Positions 51,512 to 64,000 of a stretch of 64,000 nt of DNA are shown one piece after another. A program made the translations under genes and the position numbers. Position 1 is the stretch's first letter, and each line of letters starts with the position of its first letter. This DNA comes from Eledone cirrhosa. Its lineage: Eukaryota. The stretch is from NCBI GenBank assembly GCA_964016885.1, contig OZ024741.1:157728001-157792000 (forward strand). Direction: 5' to 3'. A model generated the notes under the pieces. It ran no database searches, was not told the DNA's origin, and saw only the letters and a list, made by a program, of their open reading frames with translations.

Positions 51512-51971
51512 GTAAGATTTGGGTGATGACAATCATAGCTGTGTAGGATGAACATGGCATGGCAGTGTGGTGTGGGATGGGACACACATGGCTGTGAGGT
51601 GTGGGATGAAGGCAGACATGGCTGTGTGGTGTGGGATGAAGGCAGACATGGCTGTGTGGTTAAGGAATTTACTTCACAACCATGTGGTTTTGGGTTCACT
51701 TTCCACTGCATGGCACCTTGGTCAAGAGATTTCTATAAACTGACTCAAGTTGATCAATGCATTGTGAATTAAATTGCATTATTGGAAATTGAATAAAGCC
51801 TGTCATGCATGTGTGTGCACACACGCGTTGTGTGTATGTAAATATTCATGTACATATGTTTAGTATTGCCAATGGTGAGAATGAGTACTCAGTACCATAG
51901 TAGAAATTAATATTTTAAGGCTCATCTAGTTCCCTGGTAATTTGGAGTTTCCCGTATGTGTGTGTGTGTGA

Positions 51972-52295
51972 TTATTTTACGTCCGCTTTTCCCTGCTTGC
52001 AAGGGTGGGGCGGGTTCTATTCAGCACAGCATCTTTCCACTTGTCACGGTCCTTCGTCGTCTCCTCCGTGAGCTTCAGCGATCTGAGGTCTGCTCTCACC
52101 ACCTCCGCCTATGTTTTTCGTGGTCTTCCTCTATCACGTCTTCCTTCAACTGGCATTTCTTGGCACTTCTTCACCCATCGGTCATCCTACATACGCATCA
52201 CATGTCCATACGATCTCAGTCTCCTCTCCCGCACACTACAATTATCCCTCTCAGACACAGTTTCTCTCTCAACACATCCATGCTCGGTCGTTCAC
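51972..52295 (-). mobile_element. RTE 3' fragment of a second young family; related copies 45605-45840 (-) and 57270-57665 (+)
   Basis: Shared end cccacccttgcaagcagggaaaagcggacgtaaaat. Confidence 0.8.
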
Positions 52296-52553
52296 GCGCA
52301 TACACACACACGCACATACATAGACAAATAGAATGCACCCAATACACTCTGTAATGTAGCTGGCATTAGGAAGTGCATCCAGCTGTAGAAAACATGCCAA
52401 AAAGTGTAATGTATGAGCTAGACATGACCATCTGACCTGTCAAATCTTTGAATGCAACAACCTGTCCAGCCCATGACTGCATGAAAAACAGGCATAAAAT
52501 GATGGTTGTGGTAGTGTAGTAGTATACAAAGTTGTCTTGTATTCTTATGACAG

Positions 52554-52665
52554 ATTGGAACAAGAGCGAAAACGTCAGATGGAGTTGGAGAGACAATTGG
52601 AGAAGCAGAGAGAAATTGAACGAGAGCGTGAAGAACAAAGACGGAAAATGATGGAACAAAGAGAG
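52554..52665 (+). CDS. ITSN1: Intersectin coiled-coil exon (LEQERKRQMELERQLEKQREIERERE...)
   Basis: gacag acceptor, gtaagg donor; matches ITSN EQERKRQLELEKQLEKQRE. Confidence 0.95.
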
Positions 52666-53890
52666 GTAAGGGAGAGAACTATTAACATCATGTAATGATA
52701 TACTAGAAGTATCTAAAAATAGGTTTGTTAATTGAATTATAGTGACCTTACTAATGGACAAATTGTCATAAAAATATGCAGTTTTAGACTAAAGACTTTT
52801 TTTTTAACTCTTAATATCCTGTAATGATTTTGCAGAAAATGTCTAGATGTTGAAATGTTTTTATCTTTACTAGTGGGCAGATCATTGTAAAAAGTTTGCA
52901 GTATTAGAGCAAAAACTTTAATTCTTAATGTAATGCAAATAATTATGCTCAAATAATTTGCATATGCATTGTTGTTAATTACCTTTTATTATCCCATAAT
53001 GATTTAGAAGAAAATGTCTGAAAACAAGTTTTTTATAATTCAAATGTTTATAGTGTTTTTACTAATTGTGAAAATTAGTGAAAATGTGCAGTAAATTTTC
53101 AGTATATGAATAAAGATTTCAATTTTTAATATGATGCAGTCATAGTTCTGTTCTATATTTTTCAAGAACGTCTTGCTAATGTAGTTCCATCTGGTACAGA
53201 ACGTTAAGAGTTTATCACTCATCAATATTGGTTTGAAACCATGGCAGTGGATTGGAAGTGTTGGTAGAGTGTTGGATAAAATTACTTGTAGGATTTAGTG
53301 TCTTTAATGCTAAACCAGTTATGTTCTGACATTTGAGTCCTTTACGACGTCAATAAAATAAGTACCAGTCATGGGGATAAGAGTTGATATAATTGTCTGT
53401 TTCCTCAAAATGTCTGGTCTTCTGCCTATTCTAGAAATTGATATTGGGGTGAAGTGTGAAAAAATAATTTGAAAAAGGTATTTCAGTTCATTTACACTTT
53501 GTGTGAGTTGGACTTCCGTTGGTCCCGATGATGAGTGCATCAGTTGTTTAATAAACAGAACAATCTGCTCCTCATGAATTTATAATTCTCAAGGAGATTC
53601 AATGTGATGCACTTTGTGATTCAAAAATCACAGGTACAACTCATTTTTTTCCAGTTAAAATGAACCGAAAACAGGAAATAAAGTGTCTTGCTTAAGGTTA
53701 CAGTGTGCCTCAGGAAGCAAAGTCACAGCTTACAACCGTCAGCCAAACATGCTAACCTCTGAATCAAATACTTTCATTCTGCACTCTGTGTAGCATCAGC
53801 TTCAACTAAGGAACTTTCACATATTGTGGCTTCAACGAAAAACCGTTTTACATATTGCAAATTTGACAAAAACTGTTTTATTTATTGCAG

Positions 53891-54040
53891 GCTGCCAGGC
53901 GGGAATTAGAACGGCAAAGACAGATGGAATGGGAAAGACAGCGTAAGGAACACCTTCTATCTGAGAAACACCGTGAATATGAACAGTTAGAGACCCTTAA
54001 GTCACAGAGCAGCAATTTAAAGTGTGAACTAGAAGCATTG
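53891..54040 (+). CDS. ITSN1: Intersectin coiled-coil exon (AARRELERQRQMEWERQRKEHLL...ELEAL)
   Basis: tgcag acceptor, gtaagt donor; matches AAKRELERQRQLEWER. Confidence 0.96.
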
Positions 54041-54776
54041 GTAAGTTCTATTATTTCAAGTTAAGTTTGCTATTTTGAGAAGCAGTATTGCATTTGCTCC
54101 TCATTGTAATTCTGATGTAGTTTCAGGTCATGCAACTAGTACACTCTCTGTAAAGTGGTAACAGCCTAACTTCAACCATATAGTGTTGAAGGAACCCCCT
54201 TTAGTCTTGTTCGGGGCATATGTCTCTAGTGTGGGTGCTACAATAAAATGCCCCCAGTCAACTCTGTTAAGTGCTTGTGACATGATAAAGTGCACTCAGT
54301 CCACTCTAAAGTGGTTGTGCTGATGCCATGATAAAATGCACCCAGTATGATGTAAAGCAGTACAACTGGGGTCTTGGTAAGAGGCACATATTACACTCTG
54401 TAAAGTGGTGCTGGTGACACAATATAATGCACTCAATACACTCTGTAAGGGTTAATGCTGATGCCTATGATAAAATGTACTCAGTACAGTCGGAAGATGT
54501 GTGCGCTTGGTATAAAGAAGGACATCCAGCTGTAAACCATATAAAAAATGGAATAAGCGAGATATAGTTCTTCAACCTATCCAATCTCTCTCTCTCTCTC
54601 TAAATGTGGTTGGCATTAGGAAGGGCATCCAGCCATAGAAACCAAGCCAAAATCAGTTCTGTATGAGCACAACAGGGTCCTCTGACCTGGCTTGTCTCAC
54701 AATGGAACAGCCTGTCTAACCCATGCTAATATAGAAAATGGACGTTAAACAATGATATGTATATATATATATATAT

Positions 54777-56749
54777 TTCTTTATTAGCCACAGGGGCACA
54801 AAAGAAGGGGACAAATACAAAGGGGGAAGTTTACATACAATAAAAACGTGTAAAATGTTATCACAGATGGAATTTAAAAGTTAGTCGATTTTCCCCAATA
54901 GAGGGAGACAGTTTATATGGGTAACACAGACCCCCGAAAAAAATGTGCAACCCTCATCTCCAGGAGTACGAAGAGCTTGTACTCCTTTCCTCTCCTCCTC
55001 CTTTTCCTCAACCTACAGGCTGATATAGAGAGAAGGCCCATTCACTCGGGCCATTCTCGCCACTTTCACCCACCTTTCATAAAACTTGCTGGGGTACAGC
55101 ACCTCTCTCTCCATCCTGATTCTTCTTCCAAAGTGGTATTTGAAAAAAAGAATCAGTTGTTGGCCGGAGAGAAAGGTGTCTGACCTCAGCCCTTTCAACC
55201 TTGTCCACCATACAACCTCTTTCGCCATAGCTATCACACAAAGGAAAACCGCCTCTCCTTCGTTTTTGAAGGAGGGTGGCGGTTTGATCATGACAATGGA
55301 CTCGGTGGTCAACTGGATTGGTCCCACCCGCGACAATAGTCGTTCTACATAGCCCCACAGGTCAGTGACGCCCGGGCAGTGTATGAATGCGTGCGCGACG
55401 GTTTCTTCGTCTCGCACGCACCTCGGACAGATCTTTTTTGCAGGGTCCCTGCCCGGGCGCCCATGTCTGTAGAGCTTGTCTCGAACTGGTAGAGCTCCTC
55501 GGTAGCACTGCCAGGCCAGGGACTTTTGGAAGTTGTCCATCGGTCCCGGGCGGAAGGTCCTACCGAACAGACTGGCCAGTTCATCTTCCTCCACGCCTAG
55601 AGTTTCACCGAGCGCGTCGTCGCACTTGCTGCGGACCAACCCTCTATAGAATGACGAAGTGGAGTCTCCACTGATCGCCGGGTCCGCCTGCCAGAGGGCT
55701 GTGAGCGCCTGAGCACATTCGATGTGCCAGTCGCCCATTTTCCTCGGTCTCTGCTTGACCCAGGACTGCAGCTCGGTCAGCGAGACGAGTCGTGGGAAGG
55801 CTCGCCTCACGAACGGGGCCCACACCGGTTGTCCGGTGAGGAATACGTAGAGATGCCGCAGCCTGAGCGCGTGTTTGCGCATCGTCAACCACGGCATCCC
55901 CAGCCCTCCGTTAGAAGGGTGTTGGCAGCAGATGGATCTTCTTACCAAAGGAGCCCGCCTCTTCCAAAGGAATCGGAAGAGGGCGCGCTCCATTTTGGCG
56001 AGCGTTTTGGCTGGACAAGGCACGACGGTCAAGCGGTAGTAGATGGCGGACGCTATAAAAGTGTTCGCCACCTCCGCTCGACCTTTCAAGGATAGTTTGC
56101 ACTCGGCCCACTTCTGGGTGAGTGCAAACACCTTGGCCGTCACTTCGTTCCAGTTCTTCTCCACCTGGAGGTCCGGACCAAACCAGACCCCGAGCAGCTT
56201 TACCGGTCCTTCCGTCCAGCGTCCGACGACGCCATCGGAAGGCATCGGTCTGCCTCTCCACGATCCGAGTTGCAAACCGATGGACTTGTCCCGGTTCAGC
56301 TTCGCTCCTGTGAGACTTTCGTATTCCTTTAGTAAGGTGCCGACTTCCCCGATTTGCGAGGCGCTCGACACCATTACTGTCACGTCGTCGGCGTAGGCCG
56401 ACGCCGCTTTCCGCAGTCCCGGTTCCAGAGGGATGCCCTGCAATAGCTCCAGCTTCCGCAGTAGTGGCTCGAGAGTCAGTACGTACAGAAGGGAGGAGAG
56501 AGGGCATCCCTGTCGAATGGATCGCGTAATATGGAACGGCTCCGAGAGGTAACCGTTCACCTTGACCCTTGAGCAGATGTTGCTGTTGTGCATTGCAGCA
56601 ATCCAGCCCCTGAACACGGGTCCGAAGCCTGCCGCCTCGAGCACCGCATCCAGGTAACGATGGTCAACCCTATCGAAAGCCTTAGACTGATCCAAGTTGA
56701 TCAGGGCCCCACCGAAGCCGGGTTTACACCCTACCCTCTCTATGATGTA
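54777..56749 (-). mobile_element. 5'-truncated young Tx1/L1-clade LINE; open frame 55013 to ~56749 (RT + CCHC knuckle)
   Basis: LDQSKAFDRVDH, RQGCPLS, AYADD, GGLG, CPRC...ETVAHAFIHC; GC-rich; aataaa near the 3' end; (TA)n on both sides. Confidence 0.9.
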
Positions 56750-56827
56750 TATATATATATATAGTGGTGGAACACTGGAAGGTAATATCCGTAGTGGTAG
56801 AGCACTCAGTCCAAGGGACGAGTTAGG

Positions 56828-56989
56828 TAGAAGTTGTTACACAACAGTTCACCATACCGAGAACAATTGTTTCACCTTAGCGGATCTTCAGCTCGGTTCC
56901 TATAACCATGCACATCCCGAGCTGAAGATCCGCTAAGGTGAAACAATTGTTCTTGGTATGGTGAACTAACTGTTGTGTAACAACTTCTA
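56828..56989. repeat. ~160-bp palindrome with ~70-bp arms
   Basis: tagaagttgttacacaacag...cttagcggatcttcagctcgg / ccgagctgaagatccgctaag...ctgttgtgtaacaacttcta. Confidence 0.9.
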
Positions 56990-57269
56990 TATATATATAT
57001 ATATATATGAGAGAGATAACAACAACAGATAGGCACTGATAAATATGAATAGATATAAACTGGAAGACAGTTAGATAGCTTAGAAGTCTTACACAATATT
57101 CTATAACTTTCTTAATTGCTATTTACTCTACTCAACCAATGATTACTAATCATCATACACTCTATTATTAAGGACTCTTTTAATTGAGTTTTCCAATATA
57201 CCCCTGCTACAATTTTTTTCTCTCTCAGAAAGAGAAAAGTGTTTATACCTAGAGAAGAATTAATCCCAA

Positions 57270-57665
57270 TAGAGGATATGCGACGGCTGGAGAGAAATGA
57301 GGCAAGCATGCTCCATTGGATGTGCAATGTCAATGTGCGTGAATGACTGAGCATGGATGTGTTGAAAGAGAAACTGTGTTTAAGAGGGATACGGTGTTGT
57401 GTGCGGGAGAGAAGACCGCGATGGTATGGACATGTGATGCGCATGGAGGATGACCGCTGGGTAAAGAAGGGCCAAGAAATGCCAGTTGAAGGAAGTGGTA
57501 GAGGAAGACCACGGAAAACATGGGCGGAGGTGGTGAGAGCAGACCTCAGATCGCTGAAGCTCACGGAGATGACGAAGGACCGTGACAAGTGGAGAGATGC
57601 TATGCTGAATAGGACCCGTCCCACCCTTGCAAGCAGGGAAAAGCGGACATAAAATGATGATGATA
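57270..57665 (+). mobile_element. RTE 3' fragment (second family)
   Basis: ORF 57353-57652 WYGHVMRM...RGRPRKTW. Confidence 0.85.
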
Positions 57666-58206
57666 TATATATATATATATATATAATGTTTTCAACAAAG
57701 TACTTGAAATTGTTATACAGTCATCATCATTTTACGTCCGCTTTTCCCTGCTTGCAAGGGTGGGACGGTGAGAATAATAATTGAGAGAAATGTTTATACT
57801 AAGAGGAGGAGGAATACCCGATAGTATGTGTATATACATACATACATACAGACGTATGTACGTATGTACGTACATTGATTTATGTGTATATAACGGACTC
57901 ACAGACGGTTTCCGTCTACCAAAATGTCACTCTGAGACTATAGTAAGGTCAATAAATGCCGTTGTTGCGAAGCAAACCTCACCTCTTTGTACATTATTCT
58001 ATGTACTATACATGCACTTTTGATGAGTTGTAGTGCACCTGAGCACTGTACACAATAATTTCATTATTATTATTATTATTATATTGTTTTATAAAGTATT
58101 TGAAAAATTGAACTTAACTTATGGACCTCTAGGCTAGGAAAAACTACACTATATAGTCTGGTGTGTGTGTGTCTGTCTGACTAACATGTATATTTTTTAT
58201 ATGCAG

Positions 58207-58347
58207 GAGGGTAAGAAAAGTGAACTGGCTCAAAAGATTACCCAAGTACGTAATGGGGTTGCTGACTTCACAACAAGCATTGAACGGATGCGGCAATCAA
58301 GGGACTTGAAATTAGCTGATATTGAGAGGTTTCAACTACAGTTGCAG
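58207..58347 (+). CDS. ITSN1: Intersectin coiled-coil exon (EGKKSELAQKITQVR...FQLQLQ)
   Basis: ORF 58165-58362; tgcag acceptor, gtatgt donor; phase 0-0. Confidence 0.9.
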
Positions 58348-59586
58348 GTATGTACTTACTAGCAGGATATTTAAATATTACACCATGGAACATGGAAAGT
58401 AAACATAGTGTGAGACCACAGGCTACAGTGTTGGCAATCAAACGGAAAATATAGGGTTTCAGAGGAGTTTTCAGTTTGGGTGAACTTGTAACCTCCCTTC
58501 TTGTGCTGATGCCATGATAAAATGCACCCAGTACACCCTATAAAGTATTAGTGATGGTGCTATGAAAAAAAGTGAACTCAATACATCATGTAAGGTGGTT
58601 GGCATTAAGGATGAGCATTCACCTATAGAAACCATCTTAAATATGAGATGTATGAGTAAGATGAGGTTACTATGACCTTTCTGGTCTTAGACCATGACAA
58701 CTCATCCAACCTATATCAGTGTGGAAGATGGATATAAAATGTTGATGATGGAACAGTGATTTGAGCAATTCAAAAACCACAAAACTCTTAAATTCACTTT
58801 ACAGAATAGGGGTACCATATCTCCGCATTAGCACTAGGAAGAGCATTAAACTGTAGAATATTGCTTTCTAAAAAGACCCCATAACAAATATGATTAAGCA
58901 TATCATAAGGCCTGAAAGGCTAACTCTGTAAAATGGTTAGGGATAAGAAGGGCATCCAACCATACCAAAGCCAGAATGTATATAAGCGTGGCATGGCTCT
59001 GATTAAGTACTGATTTTGTCTGTGACGACCCATTCAAACCATGCCAGCATTTATAAATAGACATTAAATTATGATAAGGTCTTGTTATTCTTTTCATGGA
59101 GATGTGAAACAGATTTTTCCTCATTGGTATTTGAACAGAAAATGTGGAGAGATAAGACTAAGTTGTTTGACCTTTCTAACCTGGCACTCTATCATTTCTG
59201 CTACTTCATATTAATATAGATAATAAAAATAATGATGGTTTCTAATTTAGACACAAAGCCAGGAGGAAAATTTGATTAAATTGACTCCATTATATGACTG
59301 ATAATTTTAATTAAATGATCCCAAAAGTGTTATAGACAAAGATGACATTTGTGGGATTTGAACACTGAATTTAAAGACCTGTAGTTAAATACCATGAGGT
59401 ATTTTGTTCAACACTATTAACAATTCTTCTAATCCACCTCCCTAACACTATAATAATGGTTTCCAGTGTACACATAAGGCCAGCAATTTGGGAGGAGGGG
59501 AAAATTAATTATACCAATCACCAGTTTATAATTGGTAAACATCAACAATCTGTGGTAATTTCTATTTTTCTTTTCTTCTTCCACAG

Positions 59587-59671
59587 GATCTCAGTCAGAA
59601 GTATTTATTATTACAGCAACAAAAAGAACAGCTCAATTTGAAAGTTGAAACAGCAGGTTCTACCCCTGCCT
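59587..59671 (+). CDS. ITSN1: Intersectin coiled-coil exon (DLSQKYLLLQQQKEQLNLKVETAGSTPA); gene continues past the window
   Basis: Strong polypyrimidine tract + cacag, gtatgt donor; phase fits. Confidence 0.85.
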
Positions 59672-59734
59672 GTATGTATTGCTCCACTTTTTATTACTTT
59701 TAGTTTTTATGTTCTTTCTGGCATTCTTTAATTT

Positions 59735-60620
59735 AGCAGCCTAGTTTTATATAAAGTATTGTTGGATATTAATTTAAGTCTAATTTATATAAAACATTGT
59801 TAGATATTAATTTAACAGTTTAGTTCATAAAAAAACATTGTTAGATTTTAATTTATAAAAAACATTGTTTGGTATTAATTTAAGTTTAGTTCATATAAAA
59901 CATTGTTAGATATTAATTTAACAGTCTAGTTTATATAAAACATTGTTAGATATTAATTTAACTGTCTAGTTTATATAAAACATCGTTAGATATTAATTTA
60001 ACAGTCTAGTTTATATAAAACATTGCTAGATATTAATTTAACAGTTTAGTTTATATAAAACATTGTTAGATATTAATTTAACAGTTTAGTTTATATAAAA
60101 CATTGTTAGATATTAATTTAAGTCTAGTTTATATAAAACATTGTTAGATATTAATTTAACAGTCTAGTTTATATAAAACATTGTTTATATTAATTTAACA
60201 GTTTAGTTTATATGAAACATTGTTAGATATTAATTTAACAGTTTAGTTTATATAAAACATTGTTAGATATTAATTTAAGTCTAGTTTATAAAAAAACATT
60301 GTTAGATATTAATTTAACAGTCTAGTTTATATAAAACATTGTTAGATATTAATTTAACTGTCTAGTTTATATAAAACATCGTTAGATATTAATTTAACAG
60401 TCTAGTTTATATAAAACATCGTTAGATATTAATTTAACAGTCTAGTTTATATAAAACATTGCCAGATATTAATTTAACAGTCTAGTTTATATAAAACATT
60501 GTTAGATATTAATTTAACAGTTTAGTTTATATAAAACATTGTTAGATATTAATTTAACAGTCTAGTGTATATAAAGTATTGTTAGATTTAACAGTCTAGT
60601 TTATATAAAACATTGTTAGC
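59735..60620. repeat. AT-rich minisatellite, 40-bp unit, ~22 copies
   Basis: aacagtctagtttatataaaacattgttagatattaattt repeated with variants. Confidence 0.92.
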
Positions 60621-61413
60621 TATGCAGTTAGGATTGTTTCGAGAAAACTAGTCCAATGCAAAATAAGAATAGTGGAGAGTAGAGTAAAGTAAGAAAAAGA
60701 AAACAAAACATTTTACAACTTTACCTTACATTTCATGGTATTTCGAGGTTTGGACCTGAAAATATGAAACATACTATTTTGTTTGTTTTTCTTAATTTAC
60801 TCTTGTATTTCTGTGTTACATTGTATCAGCTTTCCCCAAACAATAATAATCATTAACTCTTAATGTCATGTATCACACGAAGCCACATAAATGTGAGCTG
60901 TAAATTTCATTTCCATTTCATTTCACTCATAATACTTGCAAGGCCTGAACGAAAAGGAGTTAAATTTGAAACTACTCAGGATATTCTGTTATTTTTTTTT
61001 ACTGGTTTCAGTCATTGGACTTTGTCTATGCTGGGGCACCTCCTTGAAGGTATTTAGTTGATCACACCGACCCAAGTACTTAGTTTCTCAAATATGGTGT
61101 TTATTTTATTAATCTCATTTTTGTTAAACTAAGTTACAGGACATAAGCATAGACATAGTCACAAATATAAATATGTGCACATACACACAATGACTGGTGT
61201 AGTAGATGATCCACTAGAAACGATCAACTGGGCATAAAACTGATGGATCAAGTTATGAAAGTGACAATTTGAGTACCACCAATTAGAGAAAGTTAAATTA
61301 GATGCTGTTTGGTTTTGTGCCAATGAGTGCCACAGATGTCCTCTCTGAAACTACTTCAAGAGAAGTTCATGGTTAAATATAAGCTACTATATCTAGTTTT
61401 TGTTAATCTAGAG

Positions 61414-63957
61414 CACAGGTTCTCAACCCATTTAGGCCAAACGCCCCCTTTTTGTCCCTTGAAATCACGAAACGCCCCCCCCCCCCCCCCCCCCATTTTT
61501 CCATTTTTCAATATACTACTGATTTTGATATCAGTAGATTACTAAAAAATTGATTAACAATATTCAGGCAGCTGAGAGTATAAATACATTCCTTGAAAGG
61601 AAATATATAAATTTCAAAAAAAGGAACATAAATGTTCTTTTTTATGAATAAGGACCAGTTGAATTTGTTATATTCCACCAGGCTATACCAGCTATTTTGA
61701 ACATTTATACAAGAGCAACTCTGTCTATCCCAAGAGTGCTCTTATCTGGAAGAAAGTGGCAATTATATCATTTCAAAGCTTTCCAATTTTCCCTTTAATG
61801 AAACGGACAGAATAAATGTTGATATCAAACTTGATGTCCCCTCTGCTTTGTGAGCTTAGAGACCACGGAAGAGGGTTTTCATGACCACGCGGGAGGGTAT
61901 ATTTCTTAATAAATGGTAAAATATATACAACAAATGAGTAATTGAATTGTAGTAGATGGTTTCCAGTCCAGTCAGACTGCAACTACAAATAAAAAAATTG
62001 TTAGTTTGCTTTGTAACAATAGTATATCCAAGTTTTCATATAAATCAACTTACTTTAACTTTGACTCATTTCAATTGGACCCTTGAGCTTCATGGAGTCT
62101 AGCTAACTCTTTGACGTGAGGCTGAATTTTCCTAAGATGTAGCCAGAGATCTCCACGTGTAATTACATTGTAGCGGTTGCGAGCCTTACTGTGCAGTCTG
62201 GAAACAACACCAAACCTCCTCTCGACTAAGTATGAGCTTGGAAAAGGCAGAGCAAATTTCTTAGCCTCTGCATGTAGGTGTGGAAATCAACGCTGAATTT
62301 CCTCTTGCATCCCAAAAAGGGGTTCACCTATTTTGGGAAATCTAATTTTGATCATGTCATCTGCTTGAAGTTCAATGAATTCTTCCTGAAATTTAACGTC
62401 CAAATCGTCGACGTTAGCTATGAAAGCATCTGCTATCCACATTGGGATGTCCATCGGCAAAAGGTCGACAAACCGTTCTCTCATGTTGTCTTGTAGTGCA
62501 CGGAGGTGAGTGGTATAAATTTAGAGTTGGTCATCGCTTACAATGTTTTGAACATTGGCGACACTAGGAAAATTATAGAATTCCCATCAACAAAGATTCC
62601 TTTCGATGACATTCAATTTGGCCAGGAATGTTTTCACAGCATTCCTTGCTTTAAGCAAGGTGATCTTCTTCCCCTGCAAAGCCAAAATGACGCTATTGCA
62701 TTTGTCGAAGATGTTGGTGAGGTAGGCGCAGTCTTGCCTCACATCGCAAAAACTCAATGATAGTCGAAGAGTTCAAAGAAGTGAGTAAAGCACTTGCCCT
62801 TTGAAAGCCACCTCACTTCAGTATGAAGGAGCAACTTGATGAATTCTTCGTCATTATCTTGGCACAGTTGCTGGAAAATTCGTTCATTGAGGGAATGCCG
62901 TTTGATAAAATTGATGACATCAATGGCCACCTGCAAGGACTTGCTCAGCGGCTTGCTGAATTTCTTCGCAGCCAAGTGTTGTCGATGAATGACACAATGA
63001 GCAGCAAATACAGATAAATTTTCTCTCTTCAGAAGAGTGACGAAGCCCTTATGTTGGCCGACCATTGCTCTTGCGTCGTCCGTAGCACATGATACAATGT
63101 GTGTTGTATTTGGTCCTAGATGTATGTATTACCTGCCTGTGTGTTGTAGGTAGTCCTAGATGTATGTATTGCCTGCTTATGCATTGCATGTGGTCCCAGC
63201 TGTATGTATTACCTGCTTGTGTGTTGTATGTGGTCCTAGATGTGTGTATTACCTCCTTATGTGTTGTATGTGGTCCTAGATGTTTGTATTACCTGATTAT
63301 GTGTTGTATGTGTTCCTAGATGTTTGTATTACCTACTTATGTGTTGTATGTGGTCCTAGATGTATGTATTACCTGCTTATGTGTTGTATGTGGTCTTAGA
63401 TGCGTGTATTACCTGCTTATGTGTTGTATGTGGTCCTAGATGTGTGTGCTACCCGCTTCTGTGTTTTCTTTCTTTTTTTTTATTTGTAATATTATTTATA
63501 CAATAGGGAATAAAAATAGATCTACATAGTGTTAACTCGTTACGGTTGAGTCAATAATTTCAGACATGAAATACATCGTTATCGGTGAAGGAAAGATAAG
63601 ATTCTAACTGGCTGCGCTCAAAGTGTCCTTTGACTCGTATGACTGTGTGGGTTTTTTCCTTTTTAGGATCTCAATTACCGGTTAATGTCTAGACACGCCT
63701 GCACACCTGCTCACAGCTGCGGTCAGACTATAGTTATGCAGTCTGCAAGCTCATTCAAATGCATTCACACTGGCTGTCTCAAAGACATACAAATATGGCT
63801 TATAAAACTTACCAAAGTAAAGAGTCTTCCAGCGCCCCCTAGACCCCCCTCCCATCAAGCTCCAAACGCCCCCCTAATGCGACCTTTCTCCCAAACGCCC
63901 CCCTGGAGTTCCGAAACGCCCTCTGGGGGTGCATATGCTCCCCGTTGAGAACCTTTG
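61414..63957 (-). mobile_element. hAT-Charlie-type DNA transposon with partial, disrupted transposase (~62060-63088)
   Basis: TIRs cacaggttctcaac / gttgagaacctttg; 8-bp TSD atctagag at 61406-61413 and 63958-63965; HCVIHRQHL and LLLHTEVRWLSKG motifs. Confidence 0.9.
63098..63460. repeat. Minisatellite, 40-bp unit, ~9 copies, inside the hAT element
   Basis: gtgttgtatgtggtcctagatgtatgtattacctgcttat repeated. Confidence 0.88.
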
Positions 63958-64000
63958 ATCTAGAGAAAGCTTCTGACAGAATTCCATGATCTCTTATCTG

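Noticed and set aside
58207-58216. 4-nt microexon from an internal donor-like GAGG|gtaaga
   Set aside because: It would shift the frame; the full 141-nt exon fits the coiled coil and has its own donor
59735-63460. Relationship between the two 40-bp minisatellites
   Set aside because: Same period but unrelated sequence

Overview
Eukaryotic, AT-rich, microsatellite- and transposon-dense DNA; the repeat content suggests a coleoid cephalopod, probably Octopus (inference). The host gene is an intersectin (ITSN1/Dap160-like) on the + strand. I traced 15 coding exons (12234-59671) with GT-AG junctions and consistent phases, 1675 coding nt (~558 aa), covering EH1, linker, EH2 and the coiled coil; the gene continues beyond the window. 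Introns contain RTE LINEs of several ages, a young Tx1/L1-clade LINE, Vingi-like and CR1-like remnants, SINEs, mariner, hAT-Charlie, Helitron and MITE elements. The most notable object is an apparently full-length RTE element (2727-8188). It has an intact 1039-aa EN-RT ORF with a C4HC3 PHD finger inserted inside the C-terminal part of the RT domain, and a 1.8-kb leader of two perfect tandem arrays (98 bp x ~8.7 and 62 bp x 15). Also notable: hairpin-plus-tail elements in (TA)n that share an AGTACTC motif, a head-to-head RTE inverted repeat beside exon 2, and local duplications of exon ends. All family assignments are by eye, not by database search.
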